Source: Scyliorhinus canicula (lineage: Eukaryota). Taken from it: DNA of 64,000 nucleotides. Below, piece after piece: positions 1-12,116 of this stretch; position 1 is the first letter of the stretch; every line of letters begins with the position of its first letter. Under the pieces are notes generated by a model, which saw only the letters and a program-made list of their open reading frames with translations, searched no databases and was not told the DNA's origin. Location of the stretch: assembly GCF_902713615.1 (NCBI RefSeq), contig NC_052162.1, positions 130,534,653-130,598,652 on the forward strand, given 5' to 3'. A program made the position numbers and the translations under genes.

Positions 1-687
1 ATTCAAGTCTGGAAGTCTGTAGGTGAGTTAATCAATAAGTTGATTGCTTTCTCTTGGAGATATCTGCATCCTGACTGGTGAACTTTGAATCAAAGAAAAC
101 TACATTTTGCAGCCTGGCAACTGCCTGAAATAGGGGGACCGTAACAGGGGGTGATAAAGAAAGACAGAAATCCACTTCGATCTTGGCGACAAAGGCACTT
201 GAAAGTTAGAAATATGTGGTCTGATATCGGGCTACCGATGTGCAGATGTGATTTGTTCCATGTGAAACAAATAACATATAATTTCAAGATGAAGACTGGA
301 TCCCAAACATATCCACTTGACAAACACCATGAATGAAATGGTTAATGTGGCCAGGAGATTGAGAGAACGTGTTGACATCATCAACGCGGAAAATGACTTT
401 AAAACAACCAGGATTCAATTAAATATACTGGTCATGGTCACAAAGTGAATAAATTGGGGAATAATACTCAGTGAGGACTGTCCACAAGTTGGATTAGGGG
501 TAAAGAGAGAGCTGAAGAATCTTTGACATCCATGCTCGATCAGATGCTGGAAGTATATGTCCTTACGTACGAGTAATCCAGAACACACTGTGCTCCTTCA
601 GAAGAAAAGATCGAGTTTATGTTAACCCAGGTGGGGCCAGAACTGAACTGGATTCAGAGAGAGTACTGCCCCCCTCAAGGTGTGGAT

Positions 688-1226
688 TGTAAGAATCCTG
701 GGGGACCCTTTGTTGATTAACAAACATTAAACTAAAATTCTTTGACTAGCTGTGGATTTATTTTGAATGTGATTGTTACACTTCTCCTGTTTTTATTCCT
801 GTTGTGATTACGCTCTGGGTAAGGATGGTTGGCAGGTGACAGGATGGGAAATTGTGGTTTGGGTCTTCACTGACCAAATGTTTTATTGATCCGAAAGGTG
901 TAAAAGGGACCAAACTCCAGCAGAAATCGAGCAGAGCCGAGAACAGACGACTTGCTGTGTGGGAACAGGGAGATAACCAGCTCCCAGAGGACAGAGAAAA
1001 CAAGAGTGCCTGGAATCCTAGACAACACCTGGGTGTCAAGGCCACCATGTTTTCACTGCTTGGCATGGGGATGCTGACTCCCTGTACCGGGGACGGAGCG
1101 TGGGGAAGACAATTGTTTGAGAGTTTGACGTGGCTTGGGCGGGTACAGATGGTTCAATGACAGGTTTTGTAATTGGTCCAATCAAATGTTAGCTCAGCAA
1201 TGATTGGGTTAAATCATTCTCCATCG
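688..1226 (+). mobile_element. Possible LTR start preceded by degenerate internal retroelement sequence (1-687)
   Basis: Polypurine-like CTCAAGGTGTGGAT directly before TGTAAG at 688. May resume after the nested inserts, up to ...CGAACA at ~4930. Confidence 0.3.
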
Positions 1227-1360
1227 TGTTACAAGACCCTGGACTAGTGGGCGGTCAATTCCAGCCCCACCTGACTCGAAGTCACAACACAAGTGAATTA
1301 ACCAATAATACTTAGTTGGCCCATGGCTGCCCAATAATTACAGTAATGAGGTTTGTAAAC

Positions 1361-3166
1361 GACTTCCGGTGACGGCGGGCAGGAGGCAGCTGCGCGTTGG
1401 AGGGCTCCCGTTCGAGAACGGCATTGTCGAGGATTGACGCCCGGTCCTAGGGGCAGCGAAGGCGGTGAAGGCCAGGAGGAAGCACAGGGAAGGGATATGT
1501 CGAGGTCCAGTAAGAAAACGGCTGTGAAAACATCTGAAAATTCATCAGGGAGTAGAAAGGTCACCGTGGGGTCACCAAGGAAAATGGAGGCTGGAGCATC
1601 AGGGGAGGCCGCATTGCTTACGGCTGAAGAAATAACCAAGGTAATGGCTGCGGAATTCGAAAGGCAGTTTACAAAATACATGGAGACAATGAGGAAGGAG
1701 ATGAGGGAGGTTTTGAGTGTGCTGGTGGAGGATGCGATTTCCCCGGTGACGACGGAGTTGGCGAGCGCAGTGGCGGAGGTGCGGGAGCAAGGGGAGGCGC
1801 TGAAGGAAGTGGAGGAGACATTATCGCAGCACGGTGATCAACTTACGTCAATGGGGAAGGAGATGCGGAAGGCGATGGAGATTAATAAGGATCTGCGAGG
1901 AAAAATGGAAGACCTGGAAAACAGATCCAGGCGACAGAATTTGAGGATTGTGGGGCTGCCTGAAGGAGTTGAAGGGCCGAGGCCGACTGAGTATTTTGCT
2001 GCGATGCTGGCGAAACTATTGGGGGAGGGGGAGGATCCCTCCCGACATGAGCTGGATCGGGCTCATCGGTCGCAGAGGCCTGTACCAAAGGCGAGTGAGC
2101 CGCCAAGGGTAGTGACTTTGTGCTTCCGTAGGTACAGTGTGAAGGAGAAGGTCCTGTGCTGGGCCAAGCAGAAGCGGGTGGTGCAGTGGGCTGGAGCCGG
2201 TATACGTCTATACCAGGACTTTACGGTGGAGCTGGCGAGGAGGCGGGCTGCTTTCAACCGGGTGAAGAGGGCACTGTACATTAGCAAGGTGCAATGCGGC
2301 ATTGTATATCCAGCGAAGCTGAGGGTGATTTACAAGCTCATGGACTTTTATTTTGGAACGGCGGAGGCAGCGGAGGAGTTTGTGAAGGCAGAAGGACAGT
2401 GGCAGAACTGAGAAATGGCCATGTGCCAACGTAACCTCATGACTATACTTTCTTTTTATTTGTCTGTTTGTTTCACTGCGTGCGGGCTAAAGGAGCCGGT
2501 GTTGTATATATTTGGACAAGGGAAGTGATGGGACTTTCACTCAAAGTGAGGGCTCTTTGGGGTGTAGGTGGATATGTGGGGTTTGTGCGCTAAAAGGGGA
2601 TTTTTGAGCTTTCCTAGGGTCGGGCAAGGGACATGGCGGGGGCCTCCATGCTGGCCGGTCTAAGCCGGCCAGTGAACGGGAGTGAAGTGGGGGGAGGGGC
2701 TGCGGCCATCGGAGCCTAGCAGAACAGGGTCCGAGTGGTCTAGCCGGGATGGAAAGTTGGGGGGAAGGAACCGAGGTTAGGGGGAAGGAGTTTTACAAGA
2801 GGCAGTGGACGGGAGGAGTTGGGGAGGAGGGGTTTACAACTCTTGGGTATCATGTACAGCACTCTTTCAGAGGTTGGACGGTATTGTGTTTGTGTGTGTG
2901 AGGGGGGGGGGGGGGGTGGACTCTATGGTGACCATGGGCAGTCCCAGACTCCTTTTTTCTTTTTCTCCTTTGTTTTTTGTTTCCACCGTGCTTTATTGGA
3001 TGCATATATTGACAGGTGGACCGTTGTTTGGGGTGGTGGGAGGATGGGATCGTTGTTATTGTTAAGGGGATTGATTTTGTATTTGTTACCGTTTACTGTC
3101 TGTGTGTGGGGTGTAAATTTTGGAAGGAAAATGTGAAAATGGAGAATAAAAACATTTATTTAAAAA
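1361..3166 (+). mobile_element. ORF1-only L1-derived element (HAL1-like), full length with TSD
   Basis: Starts GACTTCCGG, encodes an intact L1 ORF1, has ~750 bp with no ORF2, then AATAAA (3145) and a short A tail. Flanked by a perfect 16-bp TSD AATGAGGTTTGTAAAC (1345-1360, 3167-3182). Confidence 0.85.
1497..2411 (+). CDS. LINE-1 ORF1p (coiled coil, RRM, CTD), 304 aa from first ATG
   Basis: Heptad-rich N-half, then L1 ORF1 motifs LENRSRRQNLRIVGLPEG, LDRAHRS, YQDFT, YPAKL. The ORF-track start at 1434 is TTG; first ATG is 1497. Confidence 0.92.
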   Translation: MSRSSKKTAVKTSENSSGSRKVTVGSPRKMEAGASGEAALLTAEEITKVMAAEFERQFTKYMETMRKEMREVLSVLVEDAISPVTTELASAVAEVREQGEALKEVEETLSQHGDQLTSMGKEMRKAMEINKDLRGKMEDLENRSRRQNLRIVGLPEGVEGPRPTEYFAAMLAKLLGEGEDPSRHELDRAHRSQRPVPKASEPPRVVTLCFRRYSVKEKVLCWAKQKRVVQWAGAGIRLYQDFTVELARRRAAFNRVKRALYISKVQCGIVYPAKLRVIYKLMDFYFGTAEAAEEFVKAEGQWQN

Positions 3167-3657
3167 AATGAGGTTTGTAAACATAATTATTGTTTATTGA
3201 TAACAAGAACTACGAAGAAATATGCAGCAAACACAACTGGTTAACTATTATGTAATTTCTAATTCCCCACTTTAATTTTCCCCCCACTCTCTACATACAC
3301 ACACACACGACAGACAAACACAGAGGAGAAGAAAGGGGTAAAATAAAATCATAAATGGAAGGGAAAAAAGTCTTTGTTTCAGATGGTGGTTTCCAGCATC
3401 TTACTTCTCTTCAAACTTTGCTTTCAGTTTGTGGTTTTTATTGTGGATTCATCCAGGTCTCTGTCGTTTCAGAATACAGCACGCACAGGCCTTTCCCGAG
3501 AGAGAGGATGAGGGAGGGAGAGGGAGAGGAAGAGAGAGATGGCAAGGGAGAGAGAAGGAGGATCCTGCGTCTTTGTTTACAGCTGTAATGGTTTTCCTGT
3601 AGATAAATTCATTCAGGTTCTCTGCAAGTTCAGAAATACAGCACTCACAGCATTTGT

Positions 3658-4004
3658 GGGCAGCAGGGTAGCATGGTGGTTAGCATAAATGCTTCACAGC
3701 TCCAGGGTCCCAGGTTCAATTCCCGGCTGGGTCACTGTCTGTGTGGAGTCTGCACGTCCTCCCCCTGTGTGCGTGGGTTTCCTCCGGGTGCTCCGGTTTC
3801 CTCCCACAGTCCAAAGATGTGCGGGTTAGGTGGATTGGCCATGCTAAATTGCCCGTAGTGTCCTAATAAAAAAGTAAGGTTAAGGGGGGGGTTGTTGGGT
3901 TACGGGTATAGGGTGGATACGTGGGTTTGAGTAGGGTGATCATGGCTCGGCACAACATTGAGGGCCGAAGGGCCTGTTCTGTGCTGTACTGTTCTATGTT
4001 CTAT
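3658..4004 (+). mobile_element. HE1/V-SINE-type tRNA-derived SINE, CR1-like (TTCTATG)n tail
   Basis: Pol III A/B-box-like head, core GTGGGTTTCCTCCGGGTGCTCCGGTTTCCTCCCACAGTCCAAAGA. Near-identical to 41494-41844. Confidence 0.88.
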
Positions 4005-4289
4005 TTCTGGAAAGACACAGAGAGCGAGTAGCAGGATCTCGTCTGTGTGCTGCCAGAATCAAACTGAAACTCCTTGGGATCCAATCACCACCTGTTACCG
4101 GGCAGAGTACGGCCTTTTGGGCCAATTCATTGGCTATCAGCCAATCAATCAAACTGAGTCCCACCCCATCTCCCTCTGGTCTGAAGCTCCTCCTTTTAAA
4201 ACCAGCAGAGACTAGCAGAGTGTTCTCTTCTGTAACTTCTGCTGCTTGCATTAAATGTACAGGCCCACGAATCATCCATGGATCAAAAG

Positions 4290-4608
4290 CATAGAATTTA
4301 CAGTGCAGAAGGAGACCATTCGGCCCATAAAGTCTACACCGGTCCCTGAAAGAGCACCCAACCTGAGCCCACACCTCCACCCTATCCCCATAACCCAGGA
4401 ACCTCACCTAACACATGGACACAAAGGGGCAATTTACCATGTCCAATCCACCTAACCTGCACGTCTTTGGACTGTGGGAGGAAACCGGAGCACCCGGAGG
4501 AAATCCACGCAGACACGGGGAGAATGTGCAGACTCCACACAGACAGTGACCCAAGCCGGGAATCGAACCTGGGACCCTGGCTCTGTGAAGCAACAGTGCT
4601 AACCACTG
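4290..4608 (-). mobile_element. HE1/V-SINE-type SINE
   Basis: Reverse complement of the same core; tail ...CTGCACTGTAAATTCTATG. Confidence 0.85.
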
Positions 4609-5040
4609 AAGGTCCCCTACTGTGCAATGTAAAATAAGTAGAAGAAAGGATTCCCCTAACACAGAAATTTGCTGAGGTTTTACATATTCCACTAACTGGG
4701 ACCATGGCAGCTGGGGCAGAGCAGGGAGCATTTACCTGGAGATGGTGCTTCTACCCAGAGTGTAATGGTAATGCTGCTGCACTTTGATACTACTGCTCAG
4801 ACATTAGACTGTGTCAGCTCTTATTTATACTGAATAAAATCTAACCACTGTCACCAATAAGAGTTATCACTTCGAATCATTTCAGAGTTTGGGGAAAGGG
4901 TAATTTGACTCCCTGACCCCATTTTCGAACATCGCTGTATCAAAAATAAAATCTCATCTCCCTCTCTGGCTCTTTTGCCAGTTACCTTCGAGGGGCTCAC
5001 TTTCTATTCAAGAGCCTGCCAACCCCTCTCATCTGTTTTT

Positions 5041-6197
5041 GGCAGCACAGCTTCACAGCTCCAGGGTCTCGGGTTCGATTCTCACTTGGGTGACTGTCTG
5101 CGCAGAGTCTGCAAGTTCTCCCGGTGTCTGCATGGGTTTCTTCCGACTGCTCCTGTTTCCTCCTGGGGCTCCAGTTTCCTCCCACAGTCGAAAGATGTGC
5201 CGACCAGGCTAAATTGCCCTTAGTGTCCAAAAAGGTTAGGTGGGGTTGCTGGGTTGCAGGGATGGGGTGGAATTGTGGGGTTAAGTAGGGTGCTCTTTCC
5301 AAGGGTCGATGCAGACTCGATGGGTCAAATGGCCTCCTTCTGAACTGGAGATTCTATAATGCATATATTTACTGATGAAACCCGGAGCCAAATTAAACAT
5401 TATTACTTTAGTTTTCTTCTTTTTAAAAAAAATTTAGAGTACCCAATTCATTTTTTCCAATTAAGGGACAATTTAGCGTGGCCAATCCGCCTACCCTGCG
5501 CATCTTGGATTGTGGGGGTGAAACCCATGCAAACATGGGGAGAATGTGCAAACTCCACACGGACAGTGACCCAGAGCCGGCATCGAACCTGGAACCTCGG
5601 CGCCGTGAGGCAGCAATGCTAACCATTGCGTCACCGTGCTGCCCATTAAATGTTATCACTGATTAAAGTTTATTGATGAAGCAGAAATGGATAAAAACAC
5701 AGAAAGTTATTTCAGGATCAAAGACAACCAGTGTAAAATGATACGCACAATGTTCTGGATCCAAATGGTTTCTCTTCAGCTGCTTGTTGTCCTGTCCCTG
5801 TGACTCTCCACTTTGGACTTGTTGACTGAACACTGAGGGTCACATCATTATCAACACAACATTATCAACAGGGCAGCACCGTAGCATTGTTGGTTAGCAC
5901 AAATGCTTCACAGCTCCAGGGTCCCAGGTTCGATTCCGGCTTGGGTCACTGTCTGTGCGGAGTCTGCACATCCTCCCCGTGTGTGCGTGGGTTTCCTCCC
6001 ACAGTCCAAAGATGTGCAGGTTAGGTGGATTGGCCAGGATAAATTGCCCTTAGGGTCCAAATTGCCCTTAGTGTTGGGTGGGGTTACTGGGTTATGGGGA
6101 TAGGGTGGAGGTGTTGACCTTGGGTAGGGTGCTCTTTCCAAGAGCCGGTGCAGACTCGATGGGCCGAATGGCCTCCTTCTGCACTGTAAATTCTATG
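5041..6197. mobile_element. Three SINEs: 5041-5358(+), short A-tailed form 5418-5645(-), 5871-6197(+)
   Basis: All share the V-SINE core and Pol III-type head. Confidence 0.85.
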
Positions 6198-7074
6198 AAA
6201 ACACTGATCTTGTGCCCCAATGGATCGGAGGCTAATTTCCCAGCCAGTCCCCAGCACTGTCCTGTCTATTAGTGTGACACCCACAGCAGTTTAACTGGGA
6301 CGGAGGCACCGTTATTCTCAGCTATATTCTGCCCTCAGCTCCATCGCCTGGATGTCATTGACTTGAGGAAGAGAGAGAGAGACAGAAAGCTCAAATGGGA
6401 ACTTGAGATAAGTGACTCTAAACCAACACTTCAACATTTGTCAGTCAAATACATGTTATTTATACGGTGGGTTTTATTGTTATATTTCGGCAATGGGGGC
6501 TAAGGGTGGGGACTTTAAAATGGGTAAAAGAAAATTGCAGGGCCATGGAATTAACCGGTTAGCTCTTCCAAAGGGCCAGCTTGTGCATGATGGGCCAAAT
6601 GATCTCCACCTTTGTTCTATCAGCCTCGTGTGTGTTTAAAGAGAGGGAGTGATCGTCAATTGTGGGTGAAATATTAAATAATGCAGTATTTTCTCTGTAA
6701 GTTTAGTTTAACACTTCAATCTCCCCTGAACCTTGTCTGAAGCGGCCGATGGAGTTTAATACAGAGAAGTGTGAGGGGATGTGATTGAGCAGAAGGGATA
6801 GGGAGATGTAATAGAGACTGAACGACAATAGTTCTGAAGAATGAGCAGGGGCTGAGGGACGCGGGGTTAATGTTTAAGAGGCGGCAGAACCATTGAGAGA
6901 AACATCAGCAAAGCAAATAGGATCTGACTCCGAAGGCTTCCTGCATCGAGAGAGGAGGCAGACACAGCATCAGCTTGCAGGTGTTTCCCATAGATTGTTC
7001 TTCCGCTGGAATAGGTCACTAGCCTGACGTCAGAGGCGATTGCTTGAGGGGCAGCAATCCACATCAAGCATGTT

Positions 7075-7455
7075 TTTTAAAAAATTCTTCCATGGGACGT
7101 AGGTGTTGCTCACAAGAGGCAGCATTTGTTGTTCATCCCTAATTGCCCATGGACCGAGTGGCTCGCTCAGCCATTTCAGATGGCGGTTAATAGTCAGCTA
7201 CATTGCAGGAGGTCTGGAGTCACATGTAGGCCGGAGCGGGTAAAACCAGTGGTTTACCGTCCCTAAAAGTGACCCGGGTAGGTTTTTAAATCGATGATAG
7301 CTGTTGTCACGGCCAGCATTACCGAGACTAACTTTATGAATGAACTCAATCCAAATTCACCAACTGTCGCCGTGAGATTTGAACCCACGTCCCCAGAGCT
7401 TGAGCCTCAGTTTCCAGATTACCTGTCCAGTGACAGGACCGCTAGGCCACCATCA
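7075..7455 (-). mobile_element. Second SINE-like family (S3)
   Basis: Reverse complement of 8148-8510. Confidence 0.7.
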
Positions 7456-7604
7456 CCCCTAGAGAGAGTCGCTCTCACCCTGTCACAGGCGTGTTGCGAG
7501 GGTTCGCAGATTGTTGAAATCCTGGGCTTCCGAAACAGGGGAGTGAGAACAGTAGAAGGGAATAAACATTCTAAAGCTCTCGTTCGACCCCTAAATTGAG
7601 CAAT

Positions 7605-7949
7605 ATAGAACATAGAACAGTACAGCACAGAACATGCCCTTCGGCCCTCGATGTTGTGCCGAGCAATGATCACCCTACTCAAACCCATGTATCCACCCTA
7701 TATCCGTAACCCAACAACCCCCCCTTAACCTTACTTTTTTTTAGGACACTACGGGCAATTTATCATGGCCAATCCACCTAACCTGCACATCTTTGGACTG
7801 TGGGAGGAAACCGGAGCACCCGGAGGAAACCCACACACACACGGGGAGGACGTGCAGACTCCGCACAGACAGTGACCCAGCCGGGAATCGAACCTGGGAC
7901 TCTGGAGCTGTGAAGCATTTATGCTAACCACCATGCTACCATGCTGCCC
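7605..7949 (-). mobile_element. HE1/V-SINE-type SINE
   Basis: Reverse complement of the 3658-4004 subfamily. Confidence 0.88.
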
Positions 7950-7977
7950 ATGTCCATGTCTGACAGGCAAACTATAG

Positions 7978-8098
7978 GAAAGAAGTGCAGCGCTCCGAAA
8001 GCTCGTGATTCGAAACAAACCTGTTGGACTTTAACCTGGTGTTGTAAGACTTCTGACTGTGCTCACCCCAGTCCAACGCCGGCATCTCCACATTATGA
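7978..8098 (+). mobile_element. Penelope-like element terminal (pLTR) fragment
   Basis: GCAGCGCTCCGAAAGCTCGTG...CATCTCCACATTATG matches the termini at 17613 and 39634. Confidence 0.75.
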
Positions 8099-8147
8099 GA
8101 ATTTTGGAAGTGAAGACGATGAACAATTTCAAAACGAAATTGAACCA

Positions 8148-8510
8148 GGAGATGGTGTCGTGATATTGTCACGAGACTAGCAATCCAGAGACCCAGAGTC
8201 AAGCTTTGGGGTTCTGGGTTCAAATCTCACCACGGTGTAAAAAATCTTGAATTAAAAGTATGTGATTACCATGAAACCATTGCCGATTGTCGTAAAAACC
8301 CTTCTGGTTCACAAATGTCCTTCAGGGAAGGAAGTCTGCCGTCCTTACTCGGTCTGGCCTACATGTGAGTCCAGACCCACTGCGATGCGCTTGACTGTTA
8401 GCTGCCCCACTGAAACGACCTAGCAAGCCACTCAGTTCAAGGGCAATTAGGGATGAGCAACAGATGCTGACACAGCCAGTGACCTCCAAATCCCAAGAAC
8501 AAATTTATAA
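8148..8510 (+). mobile_element. Second SINE-like family (S3)
   Basis: Head with GGTTCAAATC B-box, body GGAAGGAA.TCTGCCGTCCTTAC..GGTCTGGCCTACATGTG, tail GGGCAATTAGGGATG. Other copies at 7075, ~34080 and 61722/62727. Confidence 0.7.
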
Positions 8511-8619
8511 AACCTTGAGGTAGATACATTTGCCGGGTTAATGGACTGGAACAGGGCAATGGGACTGAATGTTTTGCAGCCTGGACTCAATGAGATAAAT
8601 GGCCTCCTTCACTTCCCCA

Positions 8620-9300
8620 GGGACTAGGTGATCTAAAGAGAGGAATTTCAGCTGCTCCAGTCTCTCCAACTAGCTGAATTCCTTCATCTCGGGTATCATT
8701 CGCGTAAATCTCCTCGACACCGTCTTGGAGAACTTCACATCTTTCTTAAGGTGCGGGGCTCACATATAGGGTTCCATTCCAGAGGGACAGAATTGAAAAG
8801 CAGGGAGGAAATGTTCAACTTGTTTAGACCCAGGGTTAGACTACACCGGGAGCTCTGACAACATTGGTGATCTCCATTTAGAAAAAGGAAATAGAGTCAC
8901 CGGAAAAGGTGCAACAAAGATTCACAAGAATAATACCAGAACTGAGAGCATTTCACCCTCAGGAAAGGCTGGGGCTGTTTTTTTCTGGAAAAGAGAAAAC
9001 TGAAGGGTGACATGGTGGAAGTCTTTAAGGTGATGAAGATGTTCAATAATCCAATAGAAATGTCATGAGAAATCTCTTTACCCAGTGAGGGGTGAGAATG
9101 TGGAACTCACTACCATAGTGAGTGGTTGAGATAAACAGCAGGAATTCATTGAAGGGGAAGCTAGATACATAGATGAGGGAGAAAGGAATAGAAGGAGATG
9201 CTGATGGGGGGAGATGAAGAGGGGTGGGTGGAGGCTCATGTGGAGCATCAATACTGACACAGACCAATTGAGCCGACTGACCTGGCCCTGTGCTGTAGAC
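8620..9300. mobile_element. Degenerate CR1-type LINE 3' fragments
   Basis: Similar to CR1 3' ORF2/UTR blocks elsewhere in the window (e.g. 27297-27762). Confidence 0.55.
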
Positions 9301-9505
9301 TCAAAGGAACAGAGACAAACGTATTTATTTTATATTTATCTGTAGTGGTAGGAAAAAAAACTACTTACTGTCCAGGATAAAATAAATGTCCTTCATCAGT
9401 TTTTGTGGTTAATTTTAGTGGGAATGTGCTCTCCCAGGCTCAAAGAGCATCAGCCCACTGAAAGCAGAGTTATAAGCTCGGCCAGTCCAGCAGAATGAAC
9501 ATGGT

Positions 9506-10393
9506 TCAATCCTGGATGTGATTAACAGACGCAATATCTGCAGACTCCGACCCCTTGTGAACTCGCTGGTGTCTCAAAAGGTTGGACAATCGAGTGAATC
9601 CTTTCCCACAGGTAGAGCAGGTGAACGGTCTCTCCCCAGTGTGAAGTCGCTGATGTGTCAGCAGGTTGGATGACTGAGTGAATCCCTTGCCACACACAGA
9701 GCAGGTGAACGGCCTTTCTCCAGTGTGAACTCGCTGATGTGCCAGCAGAGTGAACGAATCACTGAATCCCTTGCCACAAGCAGAGCACGTAAACGACCTC
9801 TCCCCGGTGTGAACTTGCCGGTGTCGCAACAGGTTGGTTGAGTGACTGAATCCCTTCCCACAAACAGAACAGGTGAACCGCCTCTCACCAGTGTGAACTT
9901 GCTGGTGAGTCACTAGATTGGATGACTGAGTGAATCCCTTTCCACATACACAGCAGATAAACGGTCTCTCCAAAGTATGAACTCGCTGGTGTGAATGCAG
10001 GTTCGATGACTGTGCAAAACCTTTCCCACACATAGAGCAGATGAATGGTTTCTTCCCGCTGTGAACTCTCTCATGTGTCAGCAGGGTGGAAGAATCACTG
10101 AATCTTTTCCCACACTCCAAGCAGATGAACGGTTTCTCTCCGGTGTGAACTCGCTGGTGAATCAGCAGGTGGGATAACTGAGTGAATCCTTTCGCACACT
10201 CAGAGCAGGTGAACGGTCTCTCACCAGTGTGAACACGTTGGTGTGTTTGCAGGTTCGCTAACCGTATGAATCCCTTCCCGCAGTTAGGGCAGGTGAACGG
10301 CCTCTCCCCAGTGTGACTGCGTCGATGCGTTTCCAGCACAGATGGACAACGGAATCCCTTCCCGCAGTCACCACATTTCCACGGTTTCTCCAT
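9506..10393 (-). CDS. C2H2 zinc-finger protein ZNF-A, 10 fingers, 295 aa
   Basis: Starts [14 protein letters not shown] in ACCATGG context. Ten CxxC-x12-HxxxH fingers with TGERP-type linkers; tail SVNHIQD; shared splice acceptor at ~10760. Confidence 0.92.
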   Translation of the reverse strand: MEKPWKCGDCGKGFRCPSVLETHRRSHTGERPFTCPNCGKGFIRLANLQTHQRVHTGERPFTCSECAKGFTQLSHLLIHQRVHTGEKPFICLECGKRFSDSSTLLTHERVHSGKKPFICSMCGKGFAQSSNLHSHQRVHTLERPFICCVCGKGFTQSSNLVTHQQVHTGERRFTCSVCGKGFSHSTNLLRHRQVHTGERSFTCSACGKGFSDSFTLLAHQRVHTGERPFTCSVCGKGFTQSSNLLTHQRLHTGERPFTCSTCGKGFTRLSNLLRHQRVHKGSESADIASVNHIQD

Positions 10394-11519
10394 GGTGCGA
10401 GAATCCTTCTGTCTCTCCAGGTCTGAGGATCAAATGTAACTGTCCACACACAGAATTTGTGTATGGTTTCTCCCCAGTGTGAATGGTGTAATGTTTCATC
10501 AAAATGTGTAGCTGGTTAAAGTTCTTTCTGCAGACAGGGGAAAACTTGAAAATTCTCATTGAAATGTGTTTGTATTGGTGTTTTTCCAGTCACGCTGATG
10601 TCTAAAACCTCAGAATCAGACAGAACAGACAAACATTTCCTCTTCTCGATTCAAAGAATGATGATGTTCAGGTCTCGAGGAATTGGAATCATCCTGTCAG
10701 ATCTTAATGTGACTTTTGGTTTGATATTTCTGTCGGCAAATTCTCCCCTTCTAATATCCTGTGAAAGGAGTTTACAAAGGTCAAACATCTCAATTTAGGA
10801 ATAGAAATTTAAACCTGACAAATCTTCTATCTATGCGTATTGCACTGCACTGTTTTACTTGCTCATTTGTACTTGGGCGATGTGTGGATGATGATTGATT
10901 GGGCAGCAAGCATGTCCTGGAACTTGCGGCCTACGAGGCTGGTGGAAGCAGAAAGGATCAATGGTTTCAAACTGAACTTGGATGGACACTCGAAGGAAAT
11001 TAATTTGCTGGCGAAGAGGGATTATAGAGGGGAATAGGACTGACTGGATTACTCCACAGAGAATTGGCATGGACTGAAGTTGCGGAATGGATGGCTTCTG
11101 TGCTGCAATGACCTTTGGAAATATATAACAAAGCTACAGCACTATATTACAAGACCAGAAATATTAACACATGTAATTCATTGGAAAACCATAAATATGT
11201 GCAAAATAACAATCCAACAACATATCTATGCATTTTATTAATTTACTGTTCCTTTAAATATCAGTCATCTCCTGGGGAAACCATCCCTTTAATTGTGACC
11301 ATCAGGAAATAGATCATTCTTTTAGCCAGTCAAATAAATGTGTCAAGCTGAGTGAGCAAAGAGAGAGTGAGAGAGACCAACCTTTCCAGAATCTGCAGCC
11401 TCCCTGGATTCACTTCCTTTCCTTTTCCTTCCTGCAAGTCACCAATTTCCCCCAGAAATAGAAAAGAAATGGAAATGATTTTCTCCCACATGCTGCTCAG
11501 AGGAAGTTTCAATCTAAAG

Positions 11520-12016
11520 CTCATTGACTGACTTCCGCCTTGTGGCGTCACAATGGAGCCCCGCTCTGCATCAGCCAATAGGAATCACTCTGCTCCACGA
11601 TGACGTCTTCTGGTTTCAGTGCGCAGGCCCGGCGCGCGTACACGGGAACCCCGCCCCCGCCATTGTTCCTCGCCCCCTCCTCGAGACAACGTTTCCAGGT
11701 AACCGACTGCCGGCTCCGGCAAGAGTGAGAAGCCGCTCGGTGAACTCCCCCTCCCCCTCTCTCTACGGCGGCTGGCTGGTCCGAAAAGAGATCGGGAGCG
11801 ACAGCCGCACTGCGCCTGCTCCGGACACCTCGGTTCAGCAGCGCTCTCTGCGCCTGCGCGCTAGGCTGCCAGCTGAGGGAGTGGGGGAGGGGACTTTGCA
11901 AAATGTCTTCCCATCATTTTCCTCCCAGTCCTGCAGTCTGACTTTAAACAGCATAGCATCTGTTTATAGTTTCACACACAGACTGAAACTTCCTCCTCTG
12001 TCCAACATCTGTGAGT
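11520..12016. promoter_or_regulatory. CpG-rich putative bidirectional promoter P1 and first-exon donor
   Basis: Local CpG enrichment, CCAAT (~11575), TGACGTC (11601), NRF1-like TGCGCCTGCGC (~11849), donor GTGAGT at 12011. Lies between divergent ZNF-A and ZNF-B. Confidence 0.7.
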
Positions 12017-12116
12017 AAAACACTTTCTTTCTCCCCCTGGGAACTACAGAAAGTTGTGGGACTCTGGAACTGGAATTAAAGATTTTGTAGAACCTGTTTT
12101 TATTGTCTGAGATATT

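Larger units (their letters stand above)
1227..4290 (-). mobile_element. Solo-LTR-like element split by the ORF1-only L1 and by a SINE
   Basis: 1227-1360 plus 3183-4290 is collinear with the uninterrupted copy at 48362-49213. Minus-strand AATAAA (~3193) and terminus ...TAACA. Confidence 0.65.

Noticed and set aside
1434-2411. Domesticated L1TD1-like host gene
   Set aside because: TSD, A tail and insertion into an LTR indicate a mobile copy.
3658-3730. tRNA genes at SINE heads
   Set aside because: A/B-box-like motifs run directly into SINE bodies; no complete cloverleaf seen.
3673-3858. Recurrent small ORFs such as GHCLCGVCTSSPCVRGFPPGAPVSSHSPK
   Set aside because: Translations of the V-SINE core, repeated wherever the SINE occurs.
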